Virus record (IMG/VR): IMGVR_UViG_3300049794_000047
Source of the DNA: a virus
Lineage: Duplodnaviria > Caudoviricetes
Strand: one strand, 5' to 3'
Length of the DNA stretch: 64,000 bases
Under the pieces are notes generated by a model. The model had not been told where the DNA came from. It worked only from the letters and a program-made list of their open reading frames with translations, and did not search any database. This document shows, piece by piece, positions 32,344 through 43,795 of the stretch (within the stretch, counting starts at the first letter, position 1; each line of letters opens with the position of its first letter). The translations under genes and the position numbers were made by a program.

Positions 32344-32428
32344 TGTGTCAGAAGGGAGTCGAACCCTCAGCGCCTTTGTCGGCAGCGGGGTTTGAGCCCG
32401 CCACGTCTACCAGTTCCGTTACTGACAC
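32344..32428 (-). tRNA. tRNA-Leu(CAA)
   Basis: GCGGG CT-CAA-AC CCCGC. Confidence 0.9.
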
Positions 32429-32782
32429 CAAGCTTTTGTGAATTGCCCCAGTCCAACGGCCAAAGAGTCCTTGTTCTCTAGCGCGACGCATGCCGTCTGA
32501 AACGAGAAGCCATGCCTGGTAAGGCATGTCGCGCCTTACCAAATTACAGCGCGAACAAGCAGGGACTACGTTGTCTTTAACATGCCCGCGATCATTGTCC
32601 TTTCGATCTAGTGTCATCCGTACAGTTGTTTCTCCGCAGTACACGCACCCATTTACAATCAGTTTTTCGATGTCGTCCTTAGAAAGATCGGAAGCGCCAA
32701 AGTTGTTTTTCTTGTCTGACTTCTTGGTATCTTCAAGGATCCAACGCGCTACGTCGATGCCTTTCGCACGGACTTGCCTCAA
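32348..32782 (-). CDS. HNH-type (His-Me finger) endonuclease; reading frame runs into tRNA-Leu(CAA)
   Basis: CVYCG..TLDRKDNDRGHVKDNVVPACSRCN. Confidence 0.75.
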   Translation of the reverse strand: MRQVRAKGIDVARWILEDTKKSDKKNNFGASDLSKDDIEKLIVNGCVYCGETTVRMTLDRKDNDRGHVKDNVVPACSRCNLVRRDMPYQAWLLVSDGMRRAREQGLFGRWTGAIHKSLVSVTELVDVAGSNPAADKGAEGSTPF

Positions 32783-33545
32783 AATTACCTCCTAGCACTG
32801 AATTTTGAGGAAGCCAGGTCCATTTTGAGGAAACTCACTCACTAGTGTTCGACGTGACACGTGGCACGGCGGGATCGGCAAAATCGATGGCCTCCCATTG
32901 TGACGCGTGCTCCCGGCCAGATCGCTCCAGTGAGGCCCTCGTGCTCGAAGAGGCTCCTGGTCCCGCAGGTGCTCCTCACCACAACCTCGGTCCCGATCGC
33001 GAGCCGCGCGGCGAATGGCCCGGGACCGACGAACCGCAGCCGTGCGCCCCTGGGGAACGGTGCGGCTCCCGGCGCCAACGTCGGTGATGCGGCACATGCC
33101 GCCGCCCTCACGGTAGCCGCGTACCCTGAGCGGGGCGTGGCACACGCCACACTTCACCGCCCCTTGTCTCCCTCGAACAGCTTGATGAGGACCATGGGGT
33201 CCTGCCGCTCGCATCCCGACCCGCAGTAGTGGCACTGCGCGTGCCTGGGTGCGAGCCTCTCGCTGAGGGGCCGAAACATCGCCTGGGCGATTGCCGAGAA
33301 GCTCCTCGGGTCGTGGCGCTTGCGTGCCACGGAGTGCCCGCATTCGAGCACGAGCCTCCAGTACGGGCCGCCGCGCGCCCCCTCGCGCTCGAAGATGTGG
33401 ACGACCTCGCGCGTGGGGCCGGCGAGGTCGTTCCACCTGCGCGGCGTCGTTCCGCGCGCGTGACGGCGGGTCGAGGACGTGTTGAGGCGCGGACGGGTCG
33501 TTTTCGTCTTGGCGGACATGTCGCGTTCGTTTGTTCATTGGGGGT

Positions 33546-34568
33546 TCACATGAAGATGCTGTTGCCCATCCTCGCGTGCACGATGCCACCATCGAGCATC
33601 TCCCGCCACTCCTCTGTGGTCGCCCGGAAGTCGGCGAACGTCGTCGCGTGCTCTGCAGCCCACGCACACAGCTCGTCGAGCGACGCGAACACCGGAGAGA
33701 CTGGTGAGCCCTCAGAGCAGTCCTCCCAGAGCTGGTAGCCGTCACCGATGGGCGGCTCGGTCGGCTCCCAATCTTCGTGCTGTTTTTCAACCTTTGGCGA
33801 TGGCCAGATCGCACCGCTGCCATGGCAGCGCACACACTCAAGCGGCACGCCCTCGCGTGCACAGCGCGCCCTAACACAAACACCCGCGTTGATGGCGTCG
33901 TGGCCGAAACCCCCGCCTCGCGACCATGTGTTGATCTCGGCGGCGGTCGGATGGTGACCGTTCGACTCGGGTAGCCACGAGTTCTCATCGTGGAACGCCA
34001 CGCGGATCGCGACGACAAGGGCCTGCCCAGCGTCGCGAGGCCGGCGCGTGAAGTCCCAGAGACGATTTTCAGCAATGAGGGCGTCAACGTCCGCCTGGAT
34101 CAGGTGATGACACCAGTGACCGCGGAAGCACTCCGCGTAGAGGCGCTGGGCCTCCCGCGCGATAGCGGCCTCGCGACCGAAGGCGGGGAAGGGAATCAGG
34201 GGCCTGTCATCTCCTGGAAAACCGCCCATCACAGCCTCCCGAAATTTCCGGCGCTCTCGCTGCTCGTCAGCCGTCATGTAGAAGTCAGGAGCGCGATCGA
34301 TGTTCCGACGCGCGAGATCCCAGATCGCCGGATCATCCGACAAGATCGGCACGGCCCCATATATGACGGGGTCAAAGGGGGCGTTCCCGTACCACTGATC
34401 GTAGAACAAGGCTGCATTGGCATTTGCTCGACCACCTACACGGTCGTAACCATGCTTGCAGTACGGGCACTCTGCGGAGAGTTCTTCATACGTGTTCAGG
34501 TAGCCGCCCCAGACTTGCTTGAGCGGCCAAGAGAAATTCAGGGGAACACGTTTCAGTTGTTTGCTCAC
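33546..34568 (-). CDS. Hypothetical phage protein
   Basis: 340-aa ORF with RBS; C-terminal PPIGDGYQLWEDCSEGSPVSPVF. Confidence 0.65.
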   Translation of the reverse strand: MSKQLKRVPLNFSWPLKQVWGGYLNTYEELSAECPYCKHGYDRVGGRANANAALFYDQWYGNAPFDPVIYGAVPILSDDPAIWDLARRNIDRAPDFYMTADEQRERRKFREAVMGGFPGDDRPLIPFPAFGREAAIAREAQRLYAECFRGHWCHHLIQADVDALIAENRLWDFTRRPRDAGQALVVAIRVAFHDENSWLPESNGHHPTAAEINTWSRGGGFGHDAINAGVCVRARCAREGVPLECVRCHGSGAIWPSPKVEKQHEDWEPTEPPIGDGYQLWEDCSEGSPVSPVFASLDELCAWAAEHATTFADFRATTEEWREMLDGGIVHARMGNSIFM

Positions 34569-35930
34569 TTGGTTTCGCTCCTTACTTAACTCTGCTCGTC
34601 GGCGATTCTTGTCGAAAAGCTCACTGCGGAACTTCTTGGTTGATGAAGTACTAACTAGACCCGACGGTTATCGACGGAACTTGCGTTGCGGTTGTCCGGG
34701 TTGGTTGGCTGACACGTCATCGATTGCACCAGCATTCGCAGCCGTGGTTACCACACGGCTGCTGCATCGCGCTCGGCTTATGCCCGCGCACGCACGTCTC
34801 GCACTTGATCTGCGCCTCGATCACGGGTTGTGGGCGCCCCCGCAGGCGAATGCTCGCGCGACGGCAGACGGCGCAGTCAGGCTCTAGATCGTTGCTGTCC
34901 GGTTCGAGCGTTGCGGCATCGTCGACGTTGCGTCCGCACAACGTGCGCTTCTGGTCTACGGTTTCGTGTGAGATGCACGGCGCAGCGTCGTAGCGGAACG
35001 AGCTGCTGAACACAACGTAGTAACGCTCGGTCACGGCCGATTCTCGATCAGCAGAACCCCAAGATCATCGATGCCGCGCCGCGAGAGCGTGCGCGAGGTA
35101 GCCGCACCCTTGCGCGATCCGGTCGTGTCCTCGCCCCACACCATGAGCGTGAAATCGTCGTGATGTTCAACGCGCTCCACCTTCGTCCAGATCGTGCGCG
35201 TCATCTGCACAACATCGCCGGGCTGCAACTGCGACCAGTGAATCGAGCGGAACTTGCGACGCATGGACAACACTTTCTGGCCAACATGGCCCGTTTGCCG
35301 CCGACGATTGTCGGATTCAGAGCCCGACCACGGTGAGTGGTCATCACGAGCCTCTATAGTTCGCGAGGACCGCGATGAGCTTGTCCTCGATCCGCCGCAG
35401 AAGTGTGGGATCCTGGCCCTCTGCGATTGCCAGTTGCGTGGTGAATGCGACGGCGGCGATCTGGAGCTCCATGATGGAGCGCTCCACGGCGTCCGATCCG
35501 ATCGGTGCGTGGTTGTCCTCGGCGAGGATGATCTGGTGCATGTAGTCGAGCGCACGGTCACAGAGGCCCTGGACCACCACGTGGCGTGCATCGATGTGCG
35601 CCGTGCCCTGCTTGAGCACCGCGACGAGCTCGTCCTCGAGTTGGCGCAGGATCTCCGGGGGGCCGAGGCCGTTGGAGGTCGCCAGTTGCACGGTGAAGAA
35701 GACCGCGATCACCTGGAGAACGAGCAGGGCGCTTGTCACGGGAGCTGGCAGGTGGACCGCGGTGCCGATGATCTGGCGCGCACGGCCGAGAGCCTCCAGG
35801 ACGCTCGATCCGGGCAGCGGTTTGCCGCTGGCAGCCGTGATCGTCGCCCCGGCATAGCGCGTGGCACACATGCTGAGCACCTGGGCTGCTGCGATATCTT
35901 CATCTTCCGATAGCTGCTCACTCATGTCCA

Positions 35931-36278
35931 TCATTGCTTGCCTCCATCTAGAACCGTGAATCTGTTGGGCGTTGTCTGCTCTGAGACGACCGTCTCCTCG
36001 TCGAGGAAGTCCTCGGGCGGGTGGCCACAGTGCCGGCACACGCGCGAGGACATGTGTTGCCCGGCGAGCAACTCGTCGACCCCGACCTCGATCAGCCGCG
36101 CCACGCGGATCGCGAGTCGTGCGGTGACCGGGCGCCTGCCGCGCGCCACCTTCGCGATCGTGTCCTCCTCGACGTGCAGGGCCTTGGCGACCGGCTCCCA
36201 CGCGCCCCCAGCGCGCACACGCAGGAACAGCAGTGTGGTGCGGACGGAGCGCTGCTCCCTGTCGGTCAAGTCGCTCAC
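35931..36278 (-). CDS. XRE-type HTH protein with a CxxC tail
   Basis: VAKALHVEEDTIAKVARGRRPVTARLAIRVARLIEVGVDELLAG...CRHCG. Confidence 0.65.
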   Translation of the reverse strand: MSDLTDREQRSVRTTLLFLRVRAGGAWEPVAKALHVEEDTIAKVARGRRPVTARLAIRVARLIEVGVDELLAGQHMSSRVCRHCGHPPEDFLDEETVVSEQTTPNRFTVLDGGKQ

Positions 36279-36915
36279 GGGCACCCAGGGGCGACGATCA
36301 TGGTGACCTCGTGCGCATGGCTTATCGCTGTCCCACGCCGTCGTCCTTCTGATACGGCGGACGCGGCGCACCTCCTGCCTCGATCAGGCAGTCGATTCCG
36401 CGCGTCGCATCGGCGAAGGTCATGAACCAGCGCGCACCTGGCATGACGTTGATCCAGCCATCTTCGGAGCAGACGTTGTACCCGCTGCGGATGAACATGC
36501 CGTCGATGTAGTACGGCTGGCTGAACTCGACCGACGCGATGGTGAAGTCGCGGTGCTTCATGAAGACGCGGGGGCTGCTCCCAGCGTTGTGCGCGACGAC
36601 AAGACGATCAGTGGCCTTCGTTCGCTGGTAGTCCTTGATCTCAGCCTCGAACACGCCCCCGACACCAGCGCCGATCGCGCGCACGCAGTCGCGCACCACG
36701 TTGGCGTCCGCACTGGTCTCGAACAGGCGACGGATATCGCTGATGGTCAGCGTCGATGATGTCTTTGGTGCGGTCATGCGATTGCCTCGGTTTTTCGTTG
36801 TTGCCATGCGTTGTGTTACGTCCAGTCGATGCCTTGACTTCACGAGACGACCGACGGGTGTCGCTGCGCGGGCAGCATCCTGCTCCTCGAAGCTTTGTGG
36901 CGTATTCGGCGCGTC

Positions 36916-37224
36916 TCAGTACGAGTAGTCGTGATAGGAGTGCCGCTCGCCGAGCACGAGTCGCTTGCCCTGCGATGCCGATCGGCAGCTTCCATTGGTT
37001 TGGCGATGGAAGACATGCTCGGCGCCCACGGGATCGCGCTCGTAGGTGTACGACTGCGATTCGCTCATCCCGTTCTTGTCAGTACGCGTTGCCTTGTCCT
37101 CGCGCACCGTGACTTTGGCGCCAGTGGGCGAGACAGCGATCACGGTCGCAGCCTTCCGGTCGGTGATCCAGCAGATGGTGCACGGCATATCGACGGTCGG
37201 AATGGTGATCTCTTTGTCGGTCAT
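36916..37224 (-). CDS. Hypothetical phage protein
   Basis: AAGGAG RBS; TDRKAATVI...YHDYSY. Confidence 0.6.
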   Translation of the reverse strand: MTDKEITIPTVDMPCTICWITDRKAATVIAVSPTGAKVTVREDKATRTDKNGMSESQSYTYERDPVGAEHVFHRQTNGSCRSASQGKRLVLGERHSYHDYSY

Positions 37225-37323
37225 TTGGACAACGCTCCTTGGCTCGGGATTACTCGTCGGAAACTGTCGGGTTCAAAGCCTGGTGCTTCGACCTCGCACG
37301 CTGCTCTCTGTCCGTGAAATCGC

Positions 37324-38631
37324 TCACAACGGCACTGGGGAAGGCGACGAAAATTCAGTTGCGAGCGTGGCGGATTTGCTAAAGCCGACGTCGATCCCGA
37401 ACTCGGCGACCGCGTGCACGATGCACGTCAGGTTGTGGCACAGCACCTTGGCGAGTACCTCGTTCGCCTGGGCCGTCGGCAGCCGGGACCGGACGGATCC
37501 ACCAAACTTTGACTTGATCATCCACATCGTGGACTCGACATTGCTCCGGCGGTGGTAGTGGGCGCGGAACTCCTCGCTCTTGAGCGTGAAGTAGCACCAC
37601 ATGCGCTTCCAGGGCTCCGACTTGCTCCGCATGCCGACGCTGTTCGACTTGAACGGGATGAACGGGACTGCACCGACAGCCTCGATCGCCGCCAGGTTCT
37701 TCTTCTTCAGGTACGCCTTGTCGGCCGAGACCTCCCTCACCCGAAACGTCTTGGCGGTCTGCGCGAGCAGTGCGGGCAGGAGCGGGCAGTCGGCCTCGCT
37801 CGATACCCGCACGCCCGTCACGACGTTGGTGACGGTGCCGACCATCACGTGGAGCTTCACCCAGGCGTGCTCCGCGCGGAGCTTGCCGTGGGCCTGGTCG
37901 AACCAGCGGTCGTAGGTCACCGTCGAGAACCCCGTCGAGTCCTGCGCGAACTGGCCCGCTACGTTCTCGATCTCGGCGAGCGGCGCGGCCGACTCCTCGA
38001 TCAGCCGGACAAGGATCGGCGTGATGGCTGGATCCTCCATCGTGCGGAAGACGCTGCTGCAGTGCACGGCCCGGTCAATGTGGCCGCGCTCCTCGCAGCG
38101 CTCGATGTCCGTTGAGGCGCGGCGCCCCGAGAGCGTCGTGTACACCTTCATGACGCTCGCGAACACCGCGTCGCTCAACAGATGTGGCTTACGCCCGGCG
38201 CCCGGCTTGCGGGGAGGTTGCTCGATGCCCTCGCACAGTGCTTTCAGGAGCACCTCGACGTGCTCTTTCTCGTGCGTCTGCGCGGCGTTGTAGGCGGGCC
38301 AGTTCTGCTTGTAGGTCTTGCGCTTCTTGGGCAGCACGACCTCGCCGGTGTCCTCGTTCACGCCCACGACACCCTCCCAGGCGAGCCAGAACAGGACCGC
38401 CTCCTGGTGCTTGCACACCAGGCGGCGTAGCTCGTAGTCGGGACAGGTACAGGTCTGCTCGATGAGATCCACGAGGTAGGTCGGGGGAGCGTCCGACCGG
38501 ACCGACTGGGAGGGCACGGCGTAGCGGGCGCCGAGGGGGCGAATGCCGCCGAGCCGTGCGATCTGGCGCCCGCGCTCCTCGCGCGTCGTGGGGAGCGGCG
38601 AGAACTCCCCCGGGATCGTGTTGGTGGCCAC
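37324..38631 (-). mobile_element. DDE transposase (IS4/IS5-like) with an N-terminal SWIM zinc finger
   Basis: CTCPDY..CKH (SWIM), NWPAYN, DSTGF, WVKLH, ADKAY and YHRRSNVES...K. Confidence 0.85.
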
Positions 38632-38705
38632 GGACTAATTATGTACATGATAAGGACGCAAAGCAAGCGCGTTGACGCGGGATTTTTTGTGGATAGGATA
38701 AGTCC

Positions 38706-38954
38706 GTGACGAAGCTCAAGAAGACGGGTCGCATGGGGCGCCCTCCCGTGGCCGATGAGGCCAAGCGCAAGAAGTCCATGCACGTGCTCACGACCGAGGC
38801 CGAGTACGAGGAGCTGCAGCGCGCCGCGGCCGACGCAAGCATGAGCGTCTCGTCGTGGGTGCGCGTCGTCGCGATCGAGCGGGCACGGGCGAACGCTGTC
38901 GAGAGGGCCCGGCAGGAGAGGCGGAGGAGGCGAGAGGATCACGGGGCCACCTAG
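38706..38954 (+). CDS. Ribbon-helix-helix-like regulator, divergent from the transposase
   Basis: GRPP..MHVLTTEAEYEELQRAAADASMSVSSWVR. Confidence 0.7.
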   Translation: MTKLKKTGRMGRPPVADEAKRKKSMHVLTTEAEYEELQRAAADASMSVSSWVRVVAIERARANAVERARQERRRRREDHGAT

Positions 38955-39298
38955 AGGCTCGGCACGGCATCGGCGACGCGGTAGCGCGCCCTGCCAGCAG
39001 GTTCGACGTAGCCCAGGCGCCGGGCACGGGCGAGGCGCCGGGAGACGACTACGGTCTCAACGCCCAGGCGCGACGCGATCTCGCGCGGCGGCAGCGGGGC
39101 CTCCGCCTCGCGCAGCACGCGCAGGACCTCGCGGAGCTCGTCGGTCGCTGCGATCGGCAGCGGGGGCCGTCGCCGTCTCGCGGACGATCGGCCCGTCGCC
39201 AGGATCTGACGGTTGAGGTCGGCCAGCTCGTGCTCAAGCTCGACGTAGCGGCGGTGGGTCTCCTTGTACTTCCGGAGCAGGGCGGGGAGGTTCGACAC
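38951..39298 (-). CDS. Coiled-coil plus winged-HTH protein
   Basis: VLRVLREAEAPLPPREIASRLGV...GYVEPAGRARYRV. Confidence 0.7.
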   Translation of the reverse strand: MSNLPALLRKYKETHRRYVELEHELADLNRQILATGRSSARRRRPPLPIAATDELREVLRVLREAEAPLPPREIASRLGVETVVVSRRLARARRLGYVEPAGRARYRVADAVPSL

Positions 39299-39401
39299 GT
39301 GGTTCCAAGCGACGGCTGGCCATGTCCCCTCCGTGCGTCTTCCATGTCCCTCGGGCGAGAGACCGAGACCGGGGAGCAGAGCCCCGATCTGTCTCCCGAC
39401 C

Positions 39402-40034
39402 TCAGTCCACCGATCGTTTTCGCGCCCGAGCGCGGCCCTTCTTCAGTTGCGCCTCCCACTGGCGCTGTGGATTCGGGTCATCGCTCCTGCTCTCCGGGCT
39501 CACGCCTCGCTTGAGGAGTTGCCGCGCGATCTCGGGGACCGTCGATCCCCACTCGTCGGTCTTCTGGATCAGCCAGTACATCGACACCGACGGGAAGCGC
39601 CCGCCCCTCTTGTCGCCGCGCAGCATCTGGACGCACTCGTCGTACAGCTCCACGAGGCGCTGCGCCCGATCGGCGTTGTCCTTGAGGCCGTAAGCCCATC
39701 CCCGGAGGTCGGCCGGCGACTCCATGAGGCTCTCCGGCAACGTGTCGAGGAACTCCAGCGGGACGAGGCGGTGCCGTACTTCGAGGGCGTAACCGCTGAG
39801 CGTGATGCGATCCGAGATCTTGCGCACGCCGTACTCGGCGAGGTCCGTGTGCAGCTTCCCCGTGCGTTCCAACTCGTTGGCGATGTCGTAGACCTCCTGG
39901 GCCAACTCCGAGAGGAGCTGCGGCAGGCGCCTCGCGCGCCGGAGGTCGTCGGGCTTCTCCAGGCGGCGAAAGAACCGGAACCGCAGGATCGCCTCGTCCC
40001 AGTCCGTGTCGGCTGGCTGCTCCCTTTTGATCAC
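39402..40034 (-). CDS. Hypothetical protein
   Basis: 210-aa ORF with GC3-rich codons. Confidence 0.55.
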   Translation of the reverse strand: MIKREQPADTDWDEAILRFRFFRRLEKPDDLRRARRLPQLLSELAQEVYDIANELERTGKLHTDLAEYGVRKISDRITLSGYALEVRHRLVPLEFLDTLPESLMESPADLRGWAYGLKDNADRAQRLVELYDECVQMLRGDKRGGRFPSVSMYWLIQKTDEWGSTVPEIARQLLKRGVSPESRSDDPNPQRQWEAQLKKGRARARKRSVD

Positions 40035-40416
40035 TGGCCGAGATCTTCCCGTGCTCTCCCCGGCGGTCGCAAGAAAAGCGATTGATCGTGCGTACTTCCA
40101 GGGCTGCCTGGGATGTCAAGAAATTGGCCAAGTCCCTAGAAAGGCGCAGTATTTAGGGGTGCCTAGGGCGCCCAAGAGACGACGTCGGTCAGAAGCAGAA
40201 GTGCGGGACATCGCAGCCGCGTACGAGTTCATCGACCGGCTCAAGCGCGCGTCCCGGTCGAGCAGCCCTAGCGAGCGCGCGTGGGGGCGCCGCACCATGG
40301 CCGAACTTGACCGGCTCGATCGTGAGATCGCGCTGGCTCTGGCGCAGAAGCGTCGTTGATCGTTGATCGGTCCTGATAGGTCCGTGCGTCCCCAAAAACT
40401 CGTCGGCAGGTACTAG

Positions 40417-40771
40417 CCGTCGGCGGGCCGCTATTGCCTGTGTCGGGAGTGACGCGGGTTTCCGTCACGCACCTCCCGACCGGATGTGGGCGTCGAGGTC
40501 GTCGATCGCGGTGTCGAGGACGACGTACGCCGCTGCGCCGCCGTCCTCCATCTCGGGTGCCCACTGCGTGGCCCGGGCCGCGTGCACCACGCGCCAGAGC
40601 AGGTCGGCCGTCCGCACCCGGATGACGCGGTCCCCGGGCTTGAGGTTGTCAGGGGTGGACCGCTTGGGTAGTCTGGCCCGGGGGTTGCGATGCTTCGACA
40701 TCGTGGACTCCTTGGCTCGTCGGCGGATGCAACCGTCGGCGAGCCGCTATTGCCTGTGTCGGGAGTGACGC
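40417..40771. repeat. 39-bp direct repeats flanking ORF 40465..40701
   Basis: ccgtcggcg(g/a)gccgctattgcctgtgtcgggagtgacgc at 40417-40455 and 40733-40771. Confidence 0.85.
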
Positions 40772-41994
40772 AGGTTGTCCACGATCACGTACTACGCCCG
40801 TGTGACATCAGAACGGAGGCGCTTCTCCGACGAGGATCGGCGTGGCGCGCCTCGTGAATTTTGAGGAGGTGAATTTTGAGGAGCCAGTCTTCATTTTGAG
40901 GAGATGGGTTATTTTGATGCAAGGCCCTTTCGCACGCATCTGTTTAAGGCGCATCCGCGTTCGCGCTTCAGCTGTTGAATCTGGTCTCGAACAAGGTTTA
41001 CACCAGCATGCGACACCAAACCTGTATCGTTTATGGGGATAGAATTCTGTTAGAGGCTTCTCCTTACCGCATTTTGGACACCGCTTAAAAGCGCCATGGC
41101 TGGCGCGGCGCCTATCAGACATGCCGAACAGCTTGCAACGGAACACAGAAGATTCCAAGCGCCGACGGCCGCGTCTACCGTTCCGCCGCTCAAACAATGC
41201 TGCGAGCTACGCCTGCCTAGAGGGGCAAGCGTAGCGAGCGAAGTCGAGCGGGTAAGCGAAACGTGTGCATCGGTATGGACCCATCTCTAGCGCAAGCGCG
41301 GGCGAACGTCAAGCACAACCAGCGGACCAGCACTGCACCTTTATGTGTTAGATCTCCCCACGAGGGCCCCCAAATGGAGGAGCAGCCTTCAAGAGCGGGT
41401 GACCGAATGGGAAACCAGGCCATCACCCAGCGGGCCAAAGTTGGCGCTCAAGCTGACTGTAATCCCGCCTATTGTCGTCCGCCCCTCGCCAGCGAGTCAC
41501 GGACACTGCGGAGGGTGCCCTCAAGCACGGTGACCCACTTGCGGAGCTGATCGATCTCCTCCTCAAGCAAGGCCTCGATCTCAGCTGCATCAGCCTCAGC
41601 AGCACTCACGAGAAGTCGTCCAGTCATGGACCTTCCTGCAGCACTTCACACGGGGGACAGTTGATGAACGCTTTTCATCGTAGCATCAAGAGCCACAGCA
41701 CACAGAGAGCGAAGATCAGCTCGCACACAATGATCGCCCATTCTAGCGCGGCGGGAATTTGATACTTGTGCTGGCTAGTCACAATTGGGCCACCACACCT
41801 GCATGGGACGATGGAGAGCCCCGTCATCCGGCAACAGGACGAAACTTACCGGACGCGGAACAAAATTTGGGAGGCAACCGAGTGAAGAGTGCTTGGTTGA
41901 ATGCAGGGAGTTTGACGTCCCAACCTTCGGATTGTTATTCCGACGCTCTACAATGAGCTATGCGTGTGAGCACTCTAGGAGAGGCTGCCTCTCG

Positions 41995-42118
41995 CGGCGA
42001 ATCGTGGAGTCGAACCACGCGGCTTGTAGACAGAATCAGAATGAACCCTCGCGGGATCGAGTCAAGTCTGTCGGGTGCTTTCTTATGAGGAAAGTGGGAC
42101 CCACGTCCCGTATTCGCC
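41995..42118 (-). ncRNA. tRNA-like RNA (anticodon CAT) with a 55-nt insert in the variable loop
   Basis: Acceptor GGCGAAT/ATTCGCC, D arm GGGAC-GTGG-GTCCC, anticodon arm CTTTC-CTCATAA-GAAAG, T arm CGTGG-TTCGACT-CCACG. Confidence 0.75.
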
Positions 42119-42337
42119 AAAACCAGGTCACCGAGTTGATAGTCCTGGGTGCTTTTCAGCCTGTTCCGTAGACAGGTGCCAGAACGACTGGCTTGCAAAC
42201 GCCCTTTACGGGAATTTGATGGGAGTTGAACCCTGCTTGTGAGGACCTTCGATTGGTGACCGAGCGAGGAACACCTTAGCGAGCGCACAAGCAACTGTCA
42301 AGTGTTTTAAGACGGAGGGCTCTTCACTTAACAGTTC

Positions 42338-42898
42338 TCAGTTTTCTGATACGTGCCTTCCAGCCGGTGCCGTAAAGTGCTGCACCACGACCGGTGTACT
42401 TCTTTGGTTGATCGGTGAAGATCGCCAGCTTCCGAACAAACCCGACTTCGCGGCTTCGCGAACAGCCGGCATCAAAATCTGCCACGCTTCGTACGGCATA
42501 TCGCCGCGTAGGAGGTTGCATCGTAGGCAGGCCGCTACGACATTGTCTTTGGTGTGTCCCTTCGTGTTGTCGAGACGATCCAAGGTCATCTTGATGGTTG
42601 CGTCTTCGCAATATGAACAAACTGAAGATTCGAGCAGCGCCCTAAGATCCGTCAAATCAAGGTCGCAGACACTTCGTCCATGCCTCTTATCAGAGTTCCT
42701 AAGATCGTACAGCATGTAGGCAAAGGGATTACGTTTGCGATTGGAACGTTGTTTAGCTTTGTGCTTCTCGTCATTGTTGGAAATGTAAGATTTTTTGCGA
42801 CACGCTTCACAGACCCGACGTCGATATCTTTTGGTACCTGTGAAGCCGAAAGAAGTTTCCAGTTTGGACTTCCCGCATTGTTTGCACTCACGAAGCAC
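42338..42898 (-). CDS. HNH-type endonuclease, paralog of 32348 and 58618
   Basis: CKQC/CEAC; CSYCE..TLDRLDNTKGHTKDNVVAACLRCN. Confidence 0.8.
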   Translation of the reverse strand: MLRECKQCGKSKLETSFGFTGTKRYRRRVCEACRKKSYISNNDEKHKAKQRSNRKRNPFAYMLYDLRNSDKRHGRSVCDLDLTDLRALLESSVCSYCEDATIKMTLDRLDNTKGHTKDNVVAACLRCNLLRGDMPYEAWQILMPAVREAAKSGLFGSWRSSPINQRSTPVVVQHFTAPAGRHVSEN

Positions 42899-42907
42899 TA
42901 GACCTTT

Positions 42908-43795
42908 TTACACGACAGTGCCAAGATCCACCAAGCGCTCTTTGAGGTCGGCAAGTTCGCAGTCCCCAGCGCTCTCTGAGATCGGCGCGCTTGCGGTGTC
43001 AGCGCCCCCTGAGATCGGCGGGCTTACGCCTCCAGAGGCAAACGCCTCGGACTCCAGACCAGGATCGCCAGATCCGATCCTTGCCAATATATCCGTCGCT
43101 CCTAGGTCACGCAAGTAGCGCACAGCGATCCGGAGCGCCACCTTGTACTTCCCGGTACGAAGCTCATGCGACAATTGCGCCCGCATCGCCCGGAGGGCTT
43201 CAAGTATGATGTCGCGCTCATTACGCGCGGAGCTGGCCTCGTTCTTTGCTTGCTGAATTCGCTCCTCATAATCGCGCGAAGCTTGAACGGCAGCCTGTTT
43301 TCGAGCAGCAGCAGCCGCGTGTGCCGCAGCCTGGATGACAATGGAAGTCCCCGCCTTATCTTTCTCTTTCTTAACTTTGGCTGCCTGCTCCGCCAGTGCG
43401 ATCCGCTCGGCCTTGGCCCTCTTGGCCGCCTCGAGCCGTTGCTCGGCCTCGACGACGCGTTCCGCTGCCCTCCTGGCAGACTCCTCAGCCTGCTCGGCAA
43501 GTAATGGCGTCAGGCCGCGGAACCTCGCCGGTGGCAGCACGGTCACACACACAGGCTCCTCGAAGTCGCCATCCCGCTTAACCACGAGCTCGACGCCAAG
43601 CGCGTGGATCGCCCAGACCTCATCGCCGCGATGCGTGCGCGACGGCAGCTTGATGGCAATCGACCCGTGCGCCTCCAGGATCACCCGTGCGTCTTCATCG
43701 GTCGCGGTCGGCTGATCCAACATGTGAAACTGCCGGTAGCGCTCGTATGCGTGGCGGGTGAAGATCACGCGCATCCCTCCAGCTTCAGATAGCAA
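42908..43795 (-). CDS. Hypothetical protein with a coiled coil
   Basis: N-terminal IFTRHAYERY...CVTVLP, then a long A/E/K/R-rich coiled coil. Confidence 0.6.
   Translation of the reverse strand: MLSEAGGMRVIFTRHAYERYRQFHMLDQPTATDEDARVILEAHGSIAIKLPSRTHRGDEVWAIHALGVELVVKRDGDFEEPVCVTVLPPARFRGLTPLLAEQAEESARRAAERVVEAEQRLEAAKRAKAERIALAEQAAKVKKEKDKAGTSIVIQAAAHAAAAARKQAAVQASRDYEERIQQAKNEASSARNERDIILEALRAMRAQLSHELRTGKYKVALRIAVRYLRDLGATDILARIGSGDPGLESEAFASGGVSPPISGGADTASAPISESAGDCELADLKERLVDLGTVV

Noticed and set aside
41160-41195. tRNA-Leu-like 5' half (GGCGGAACGGTAGACGCG)
   Set aside because: No matching T arm or 3' acceptor strand nearby; treated as a fragment.
41800-41860. Hammerhead ribozyme (GGACGAAAC)
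   Set aside because: No CUGANGA core on the same strand nearby.
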